In this document: positions 8,263 through 15,332 of the stretch, piece by piece
How positions within the stretch are numbered: the stretch's first letter is position 1
How the letters are laid out: every line of letters starts with the position of its first letter
Source: Spirochaetota bacterium
GTDB lineage: Bacteria; Spirochaetota; UBA4802; UB4802
Assembly: GCA_018399855.1 (NCBI GenBank)
Contig: JAGYNX010000001.1
Coordinates: forward strand, 1-37,450
Length of the DNA stretch: 37,450 bases
Direction: 5' to 3'
Notes under the pieces: model-generated
Told to the model about the DNA's origin: nothing
Database searches by the model: none
The model's input: only the letters and a program-made list of their open reading frames with translations
Made by a program: the position numbers and the translations under genes

Positions 8263-9624
8263 ATGAGGCTGAAAAAGCTATCCTTCGTGTTTGCAATTAT
8301 CGTGTTACTTACTTCCGGAATATTTACCACCTGTGCCACCACCCCCCATTACCAGCTGTCCAGGTTTATCGACCCGGTAACATGCGGTGGTTGCCATGAT
8401 ACTATTTATCAGCAATGGCAGAATTCCATGCATAACCTTGCCCAGAAAGACCCGGTATACCTGGAATTCGCCCGCTATTATCTGAAGCAACTCAAAGATG
8501 AAGCCAGCACCGATCCTGACGAACTTGCAGAAGCCGAGATATGCGTGAAGTGCCACGTTCCTGTTGGATATCTCAGCGGTTTCCCGAAAACGGTGACACA
8601 GGAGCTTGAAGAAGAAGACCGCCTTCCCGATATCGCCAGGGAAGGCATTCAATGTGATTATTGTCATTCCATCATCGGTGCCCGAAAACTCTATAACGCC
8701 CAGTTCAAATACGACCCGGGCAACGGCGATACCGATCCCGGTATCAAGCGTGGTCCTTTCAAGGATTCAGAGTCAAGTTACCACCAGTCAGCGTATTCAA
8801 AATTTCATACTGAATCAAAAATTTGCGGCACATGCCATGACGTCCATCATGTAAAATTCGGCACAAAACTTGAAACGACCTACGAAGAGTGGCTTGCAAG
8901 CCCCTATAACACCGGCAACCCTGATTCACACGTACCATGCCAGGGATGCCATATGTACCACCGTCCGGATGTTCCCGCCACCGGATCAACCCCGCGTCCC
9001 AAAAATCCCGGAACCGCCGCATTCGGGGCACCTGAGCGGGAACATATTTTTACCCATTATTTCGTGGGAGGCAACAGCGTGGTCCCTGCCAGTTTTGGTG
9101 ATGACGAAAAATCCGCCATGGCGGTCTCACGTTTGCAGAACGCGGCCAGGCTGGAACTTGATACCACTGATATTAAAAACAATATTTTCAAGATCAAGAT
9201 CACCAATAACGGGGCAGGACACAAGCTCCCCACCGGGCTTACCGACGTTCGCCAGATGTGGCTTGAAATCATCGTCACCAACGAAAAAGGCAAGGTGGTC
9301 TATGCAAGCGGCAAGGCAGACCCGAAGGGATACCTGCCCGAAAATACCATCATGTACCACACGGTATTCGGTGACGGCAAAGGGAATGTCATTCAAAACA
9401 TATCAAAAGCCAGGGAAATACTGACTGACAACAGGATAAAACCAGGTGAAACCGCCGTTGAAAAGATAATGCTGCCTGAAGGCACCTCTGGGAAGCTAAC
9501 TATTTCGGCCAGGTTTTTATACCGCATTGCTTCACAAAAGAGCGTTGACATGGTAATGAAAGAAAAGCGTATCAAGCTGCCCGTTATTGTAATGGAAGCA
9601 GAAAAAACAAGCGTTTCCCTGTAA
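8263..9624 (+). CDS. Pentaheme c-type cytochrome with a C-terminal non-heme domain (possibly a lipoprotein)
   Basis: Five CXXCH motifs: CGGCH, CVKCH, CDYCH, CGTCH, CQGCH. Signal peptide ends ..LTSGIFTTC. The C-terminal ~170 aa have no Cys and contain NNGAGHKLPTG. Confidence 0.85.
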   Translation: MRLKKLSFVFAIIVLLTSGIFTTCATTPHYQLSRFIDPVTCGGCHDTIYQQWQNSMHNLAQKDPVYLEFARYYLKQLKDEASTDPDELAEAEICVKCHVPVGYLSGFPKTVTQELEEEDRLPDIAREGIQCDYCHSIIGARKLYNAQFKYDPGNGDTDPGIKRGPFKDSESSYHQSAYSKFHTESKICGTCHDVHHVKFGTKLETTYEEWLASPYNTGNPDSHVPCQGCHMYHRPDVPATGSTPRPKNPGTAAFGAPEREHIFTHYFVGGNSVVPASFGDDEKSAMAVSRLQNAARLELDTTDIKNNIFKIKITNNGAGHKLPTGLTDVRQMWLEIIVTNEKGKVVYASGKADPKGYLPENTIMYHTVFGDGKGNVIQNISKAREILTDNRIKPGETAVEKIMLPEGTSGKLTISARFLYRIASQKSVDMVMKEKRIKLPVIVMEAEKTSVSL

Positions 9625-9638
9625 AGTTCTATCAAGCT

Positions 9639-10271
9639 ATGGTGAAACAAACATACCAGGTAACCGCTGATACTATTGGCAAGCGATTTGGGAACGTTGT
9701 TCTCTTTCGCAATATTCACTTTTCCCTGGTAACCGGCCAGTCCATGGCCATCACCGGTCCCAACGGTTCCGGGAAATCAACCCTGCTCTCTATCACGGCG
9801 AAGCTGGCAACTCCCGACAGGGGCAAGGTGGTGTACCAGCGTGATCAGAAAATAATTGGCCGCCGGGAGCTTTTCTCACATATCGGGATGGTTTCACCGG
9901 ACATTATGCCCTATCGTGAACTGACAGCTATTGAGAACATCCGTTTTGCCTTTAACACGTTCACACCGGCTGAAGATCATGTTCATGACAGGATGGAAGC
10001 TCTCGGCCTTTATTCTCACAGGCATAAACCGGTTGCCCAGTATTCAACCGGCATGCTGCAGCGGCTGAAGCTCCTGGTTGCCACCCTTGGTACACCGGGT
10101 ATACTCTTCCTTGATGAACCGGGGTCAAACCTGGATACAACGGGGAAGGACATTATCTACACCTACCTCGACCAGGTACGCCCGGATATCATACTGTGTA
10201 TGGCCACCAACGAATCCACTGAAGCAGGACTGTGTGAAAGGAGCATCTATCTTGGTACAGACCATTCTTAG
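9639..10271 (+). CDS. ccmA: Heme exporter ABC ATPase CcmA
   Basis: Walker A GPNGSGKST, signature-like STGMLQR, Walker B ILFLDEP. First gene of the ccm order. Confidence 0.8.
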   Translation: MVKQTYQVTADTIGKRFGNVVLFRNIHFSLVTGQSMAITGPNGSGKSTLLSITAKLATPDRGKVVYQRDQKIIGRRELFSHIGMVSPDIMPYRELTAIENIRFAFNTFTPAEDHVHDRMEALGLYSHRHKPVAQYSTGMLQRLKLLVATLGTPGILFLDEPGSNLDTTGKDIIYTYLDQVRPDIILCMATNESTEAGLCERSIYLGTDHS

Positions 10272-10914
10272 CAGCATACGCAAAGATTTCCGCGTGGAAT
10301 TTCGAGGTCGCTATGCAATAAATGTGTCCGTGGCTTTCGCCTTTATTACCACACTTTCTATCAGTTTCGCCACGGGTGGAACCGCCATCAGGCCGGCCAT
10401 ACAGGCAATATTTCTCTGGGTAATCCTGTTTTTTTCGGCCATGAATTCACTATCACATGTATTCACCCGTGAAGAAGAAGAATCCACCGCACTGTTTCTC
10501 AGGCTCCATTCGTCCGCCGAGACAGTATTTCTTTCCAAGCTTCTGTATAACATGGCGGTGTTCATGTTCCTTGAAATGTTGATTGTTCCCCTCTGTGTTT
10601 TCTTTCTTTCTATCACGGTTATACAGCCCGTACAATTTACTATTACAATGCTTGCGGGAGGAATTGCCATCACATCGGCAACCACCATCATTGCCGCCAT
10701 CGTATCACAGTCGGGGGGGCGTGGGTCTCTTTTCACCATCCTCTCCTTTCCCGTCACACTTCCCGTATTATGGGTAACCATTGATGCCACCACCAGGAGT
10801 ATCACCAGCGGACTGATTTTTTCGTGGAACAGCGTGCTTTTCCTTGGGGCTTTTTCCATGGCATTGCTGATAGTTTCATACCTGCTGTTCCCGGTTATAT
10901 GGGATGAAGGATAA
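10252..10914 (+). CDS. ccmB: Heme exporter permease CcmB
   Basis: Six-TM protein directly after ccmA. The long in-frame ATG extension (10078) overlaps ccmA and is implausible. The TTG at 10252 has AAGGAG 8 nt upstream and gives a 20-nt overlap with ccmA. Confidence 0.7.
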   Translation: MVQTILSSIRKDFRVEFRGRYAINVSVAFAFITTLSISFATGGTAIRPAIQAIFLWVILFFSAMNSLSHVFTREEEESTALFLRLHSSAETVFLSKLLYNMAVFMFLEMLIVPLCVFFLSITVIQPVQFTITMLAGGIAITSATTIIAAIVSQSGGRGSLFTILSFPVTLPVLWVTIDATTRSITSGLIFSWNSVLFLGAFSMALLIVSYLLFPVIWDEG

Positions 10915-11023
10915 CATCATTTTTTCATATTTTTAGCTTTACAGAGAATACTGTAACCAAATAAGCTTACCCACTATCAAAGTGATATCGTAATACGGAT
11001 ACCTAAAATAACAGGTTATATAG

Positions 11024-11704
11024 ATGGTATATACATTAATAATGAGCATTTTCTACGTGCTGATGCCCGTATCAATAGTGCTGGCCTTTCTCTGGGCACC
11101 CCCCGCCGAGATACTCGGTGAAACCAGCCGTATACTGTATTTCCACGTACCGGTTGCATGGGTAGCGGTGCTTGCCTTCGTGATATCAGGTATCTCATCA
11201 CTTCTATACCTGTGGGACCGCAACAACAGGTTTTTCATCCTGGAACTGAAGGCCTACCACGCCGCCCGCATGGGCCTGGTATTCTGCGTAATTACTGTTA
11301 TAACCGGCTCGATGTGGGCAAAGGCCAGCTGGGGCAGCTACTGGAACTGGGATCCCCGGCAATCCTCCATAATGGTGCTCTTTTTGATATATGTTGCATA
11401 TTTCAGCCTGTACTCCGCCATGCGTGAGAATTCCAGGCGGGACGTACTTGCCTCCGCCTACCTTGTGTTCGCCATGGTGACTGTACCATTCCTGGTATTC
11501 GTAATTCCACGGATATACCCGTCCCTGCATCCGGATCCCATTATCAACGCCCAGCGCAAGATCAACATGGATCCGGCCATGCAACTCACATTGATATTCT
11601 CAATGATATCATTTACCCTGTTCTTTCTATACCTTTACACACTGCAGTTGCGGGCAGCAATATTGCAGAGAAGAATCGAGGAGCGACATCATGAAAAATT
11701 ATAG
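11024..11704 (+). CDS. ccmC: Heme lyase/exporter component CcmC
   Basis: Trp-rich WWD-type motif WGSYWNWDPRQSS with flanking His residues. Six TM segments. The start could instead be an internal ATG (11042). Confidence 0.85.
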   Translation: MVYTLIMSIFYVLMPVSIVLAFLWAPPAEILGETSRILYFHVPVAWVAVLAFVISGISSLLYLWDRNNRFFILELKAYHAARMGLVFCVITVITGSMWAKASWGSYWNWDPRQSSIMVLFLIYVAYFSLYSAMRENSRRDVLASAYLVFAMVTVPFLVFVIPRIYPSLHPDPIINAQRKINMDPAMQLTLIFSMISFTLFFLYLYTLQLRAAILQRRIEERHHEKL

Positions 11705-11966
11705 ATATATAATAATCCTGGCACTGCTGGTATTCATTTTTCTTCTTTCTCCGGTAATGGCAACAGTACCCTCCCATGATACACCATCTGTAACATCAGG
11801 GATGGAAACGGTTTCTCCTGTATTGGATGGTAATGGGGCATCACGGGAAAGTGCCCTGTATACCGTACTGGCCGTGGTGATGGTGATATGGCTTGGCATT
11901 GCCGCTTACGTGTTCTATCTACACATTACCATATCAAGACTGGAGAAAAAAATCGATGAAAGCTAA
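11691..11966 (+). CDS. ccmD: CcmD-like small membrane protein with an extra N-terminal hydrophobic segment
   Basis: Sits between ccmC and ccmE and overlaps both (14 nt and 11 nt). The C-terminal TM LYTVLAVVMVIWLGIAAYVFYL followed by a basic tail ISRLEKK resembles CcmD. Confidence 0.55.
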   Translation: MKNYRYIIILALLVFIFLLSPVMATVPSHDTPSVTSGMETVSPVLDGNGASRESALYTVLAVVMVIWLGIAAYVFYLHITISRLEKKIDES

Positions 11967-12327
11967 ACATATTCTGCTCACCGTACTCATCCTTTTTTTC
12001 GGGGGTATTGCATTTTATTCGATGAGTGATATGATGACCCCCTACGTATCATTTGACCAGGCTAGAAATTCTGGCCAGTACGTACAGGTAATCGGGAAAC
12101 TGGTAAAATCCAAACCGGTGCAGCATGATGAAGGATCATTTTCGTTTTTTATGGAAGATGAACAGGGCAGCCGGTTAAAGGTTGTGCACACCGGCACCAA
12201 GCCCCTGAATTTCGACCACGCCACCCAGGTGGTTGCGCTGGGCAACTACAACAGCGGCACCCGGACATTTGACGCGGACCGCCTGCTGGTTAAGTGCCCA
12301 TCAAAATACACCAAGGAGAATAAATGA
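11956..12327 (+). CDS. ccmE: Heme chaperone CcmE, Cys variant (CxxxY)
   Basis: Track ORF trimmed to the ATG at 11956 (GGAG upstream). N-terminal TM anchor and OB-fold-length body. The C-terminal LLVKCPSKY sits where canonical CcmE has LAKHDENY. Confidence 0.8.
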   Translation: MKAKHILLTVLILFFGGIAFYSMSDMMTPYVSFDQARNSGQYVQVIGKLVKSKPVQHDEGSFSFFMEDEQGSRLKVVHTGTKPLNFDHATQVVALGNYNSGTRTFDADRLLVKCPSKYTKENK

Positions 12328-14489
12328 TGAATACTGGAACACTGCTGATACTACTATCACTTATAATATCCGTGCTCACCCTGGTTTTTCTTGCCAGGAG
12401 TGCCGGCGGAAACCGTATGGCCCTGGTGACCTCTCATCGCCTTTTCTATCTATCCGGGTCATTTCTTTCCTTCGCGACTATCATGCTGTTTGCTGCATTT
12501 CTCACCAACAGCTTTCAGTACCAGTACGTATTCAACTATTCATCTCAAGACCTCTACATTCTCTATAAGATAGCCGCCTTCTGGGGCGGCCAGGAAGGTT
12601 CATTTCTTCTCTGGGCATTGCTTCTTTCTTTCATCGGGGTAATCATAATACGCATGCGCGACCGTTACGAAAATATATTACTTTTTGTAATTACCATTAC
12701 CCAGATGTTCATTCTCATTCTCCTGGTTATGAAAAGCCCATTCGCTTACATTGCGGGTTTCCAGTCTGAAGGATTTATCCCCGCCGACGGCAGCGGACTA
12801 AATCCCCTTTTACAGGATCCGTGGATGATACTTCACCCCCCCGTACTTTTCCTGGGATACGCGGCGGCAACAGTGCCATTCGGCTACGCCCTTGCAGGTA
12901 TAATGCATTCAGATTTCAACAACTGGCTCAGAAGTGCTCACCGGTGGGTTGCCTTTACCGTTCTCACACTTGGTATCGGTATATTCATGGGTGGATACTG
13001 GGCATACAAGGTTCTTGGCTGGGGAGGATACTGGGGATGGGACCCGGTTGAGAACTCATCACTCATCCCATGGCTGGTGCTTGTCGTACTGCAGCACGGG
13101 TTGATCATTCAGCGTCGCAAGGGTGCCCTGGTACGAACCAACCTGTTACTGGCTATTGCTTCTTTTATACTGGTACTGCTCAGCACCTTCCTGACCCGAA
13201 GCGGTGTGCTGTCAAATTTTTCTGTGCATTCATTCGGCAATGTGGGATATTCTATGCACATCCTGTTTTTCATACTTTTTTATATTATCATAAGTATATT
13301 TCTTTTTATAAGCCGATGGTCGGCCATGAAAGCAAAGCCTCTTTCAGAATCACTTTTGTCATATGACAATCTGCTTGTCTACGGCATGCTTACCATACTT
13401 TTTTATACTCTTTTTATTCTTATTGGCACCACCATGCCCGTGTTAAGTGGAGTTTTTTCAGAACAACCATTTTCAGTGCAACCGGGATATTACAACACCC
13501 TGTCAATACCCATGGGTATTCTCATACTTGGACTGCTTATTGCAGTCACACTGGTACTCACTGGAAAATTGAAATCGAAGATATACCTGGTTACAGCGGG
13601 CCTGGTATCAATCCTCCTGGGTGTACTTTTAAATATCCAGCATACCGGACAGGTCGTTGCCTATGTTTTCACCATACTTGCAATCTTCCACATCATCCAG
13701 AATATCAGTAATCTTATAACCGGAAATACACAGGTCATAACCGCATCACGGGTAGCACACATGGGGGTTGCCCTGCTTGTTATCGGTATCATTGCTTCAA
13801 ACCTGCATTCACATTCAGTACAAAAAGAAGTGGTGCAGAACAGGGAGGCAAAGATAGATTCTATACTGCTTACCTTCAAGGGGATCACCGATGAGAAAGA
13901 ATCAAGCCTCCGGTTTACCTACAAGCATGGAAGAAACGTAGACGAGATAACTACATCCTACTACATTGACGAGAAGATGAACTCATTGTATCGAGAACCA
14001 TATATTGACTACGGTTTTTTCAAGGACGTGTACGTAGCCCCAGTACAATACGTGCCAGGCAGGGAAAAGCTGACAACGGTAGTACTTTCACAGGCAGAAA
14101 GTGCCCGGTTACAGGATGTAGAAATACAATTTCTTGGGTTTGATGTTGACAGGATAAAGATGATGAAAGGACAGGTGAAGGTATTTGCCAAACTACAGGT
14201 AACCCGCGATGACAACACGTACATGCTTTCACCAGGAATATCCTTTCTCAAGGATCAAGGGCGTCACAAAATAAACACCACCCTGCCGGGGACAAAAAGG
14301 ACACTTTCCCTGGAAGACTTCAATGTCTCAGACAGGGTTGTACAGCTGTACCTTGAACCGGCAAAAGACACCCTCATCCCTCCAGACAGTGCCCTGGTTG
14401 AAGTATCCTTTAAGCGCCTTATCTGGTTTGTGTGGTTAAGCACTATACTCATCGCAGCGGGAAGCTATATTGCCATGCGCAGGGATTAA
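12324..14489 (+). CDS. ccmF: Cytochrome c-type biogenesis protein CcmF
   Basis: 721 aa and many TM segments. WWD motif WGGYWGWDPVENSS. ATGA overlap with ccmE. Confidence 0.9.
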   Translation: MMNTGTLLILLSLIISVLTLVFLARSAGGNRMALVTSHRLFYLSGSFLSFATIMLFAAFLTNSFQYQYVFNYSSQDLYILYKIAAFWGGQEGSFLLWALLLSFIGVIIIRMRDRYENILLFVITITQMFILILLVMKSPFAYIAGFQSEGFIPADGSGLNPLLQDPWMILHPPVLFLGYAAATVPFGYALAGIMHSDFNNWLRSAHRWVAFTVLTLGIGIFMGGYWAYKVLGWGGYWGWDPVENSSLIPWLVLVVLQHGLIIQRRKGALVRTNLLLAIASFILVLLSTFLTRSGVLSNFSVHSFGNVGYSMHILFFILFYIIISIFLFISRWSAMKAKPLSESLLSYDNLLVYGMLTILFYTLFILIGTTMPVLSGVFSEQPFSVQPGYYNTLSIPMGILILGLLIAVTLVLTGKLKSKIYLVTAGLVSILLGVLLNIQHTGQVVAYVFTILAIFHIIQNISNLITGNTQVITASRVAHMGVALLVIGIIASNLHSHSVQKEVVQNREAKIDSILLTFKGITDEKESSLRFTYKHGRNVDEITTSYYIDEKMNSLYREPYIDYGFFKDVYVAPVQYVPGREKLTTVVLSQAESARLQDVEIQFLGFDVDRIKMMKGQVKVFAKLQVTRDDNTYMLSPGISFLKDQGRHKINTTLPGTKRTLSLEDFNVSDRVVQLYLEPAKDTLIPPDSALVEVSFKRLIWFVWLSTILIAAGSYIAMRRD

Positions 14490-14517
14490 AAAAAAGGTGC
14501 TCCATGAATGGAGTACC
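14488..14517 (-). terminator. Terminator-like hairpin whose U-tract lies on the minus strand
   Basis: A 9-bp stem GGTGCTCCA/TGGAGTACC (one G-U pair) with a 4-nt loop. It is preceded on the plus strand by A8, so T8 follows it on the minus strand. There is no T-run on the plus-strand side. Confidence 0.3.
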
Positions 14518-14571
14518 CCTGAGCAGTGAGATTTTTGTATTAATATTACATTACTAAAGAGAGTAAGCCGA

Positions 14572-15033
14572 ATGGAAGATCGTTTCATGGATGTTGCAAA
14601 AAATAAAAAAGCCCGATTCGAGTATGAAATACTCGAAACCATCGAGGCCGGGGTTGTGCTCAGGGGAACAGAGGTAAAGTCAGTACGGCAAAAAAAAGTA
14701 AGCATACAGGAATCCTACGCCCGAATAAAAGACGGTGAAGCGTATATTATCGGCATGACCATATCCCCATACGAGATGGGCAACCAGTTCAATCATGAGC
14801 CTGCGCGTGAGCGAAAATTGCTGCTGCATCGCCAGGAATTAAAACGCCTTACTGGAAAATTGAAGGAAAAAGGCCTCACCCTTGTCCCATTGAAAATATA
14901 TTTTAAAAACGGGAAGGTAAAAATTCTACTCGGTCTAGGAAAAGGTAAAACAACCTACGACAAGAGAAAAACCATTCAAAAACGTGAAGCTGACCGAGAG
15001 CTTCAGCGGGCAGTAAAGCGAGATTTAAAATAA
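14572..15033 (+). CDS. smpB: SsrA-binding protein SmpB
   Basis: KNKKARFEYEILETIEAGVVLRGTEVKSVR and the basic C-terminal tail are typical of SmpB. The start may be the ATG at 14587. Confidence 0.9.
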   Translation: MEDRFMDVAKNKKARFEYEILETIEAGVVLRGTEVKSVRQKKVSIQESYARIKDGEAYIIGMTISPYEMGNQFNHEPARERKLLLHRQELKRLTGKLKEKGLTLVPLKIYFKNGKVKILLGLGKGKTTYDKRKTIQKREADRELQRAVKRDLK

Positions 15034-15079
15034 CCCGGCATTCACCCTGTTTTTATAGAAACTCACACTATGCTTTCAC

Positions 15080-15226
15080 CACAGAGTCTCAGAGGTACAG
15101 AGAAAAGATTTTTTTATAATTGTCTATGTGCCAGACCAAAGCAGTATACCGCCTGAAAAGGCCTTTTCTCCTCATGATATAAAACAAAAAATATATATTC
15201 CTTCTCTGTACCTCTGAGACTCTGTG
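15080..15226. repeat. Perfect 25-bp inverted repeat separated by a 97-nt spacer
   Basis: 15080-15104 CACAGAGTCTCAGAGGTACAGAGAA is the exact reverse complement of 15202-15226. After one mismatch, 4 more bp pair outward (15075-78 / 15228-31). Each arm contains CAGAG three times at 8-nt spacing. Confidence 0.9.
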
Positions 15227-15332
15227 ATGAATCTTTTTCAAGAGTTATGATTAAAAAAATCACGTTGACAAAATCTGCCCCCTGGATGAAGTATTATATT
15301 ACAGAACATATGTATGGTATACGGAAGTTGAC

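Noticed and set aside
10311-10859. 182-aa ORF antisense to ccmB, and similar long antisense or off-frame ORFs (e.g. 3151..3699, 3281..3748, 4755..5444, 7220..7672, 33987..34385, 35291..35773, 80..415)
   Set aside because: Each lies entirely within a gene that has recognisable family motifs on the other strand or frame. They have no RBS and composition-driven sequences, so I treat them as shadow ORFs.
13836-14489. CcmH-like module fused to the C-terminus of the long (721 aa) CcmF
   Set aside because: The C-terminal soluble region contains no Cys at all, so it has no LRCxxC motif. It is consistent with the normal CcmF C-terminal periplasmic domain plus a final TM.
15126-15182. 18-codon mini-ORF (MCQTKAVYRLKRPFLLMI) inside the inverted-repeat spacer
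   Set aside because: It has no Shine-Dalgarno sequence, is very short, and would sit within the loop of a long hairpin. Nothing distinguishes it from a chance ORF.
15265-15297. TTGACA at 15265-15270 as the -35 of an mrfA promoter
   Set aside because: The best -10-like hexamer (TATTAT, 15292-15297) is 21 nt away, outside the usual 16-18 nt spacing. I did not annotate it.
15034-15332. Possible tmRNA (ssrA) gene next to smpB
   Set aside because: The gap is only 299 nt. It lacks a tRNA-like acceptor/T-arm (no GGTTCGA-type T-loop and no 3' ..CCA context), and I found no tag-peptide reading frame ending in a typical ..LAA stop. The dominant structure is the 25-bp inverted repeat instead.
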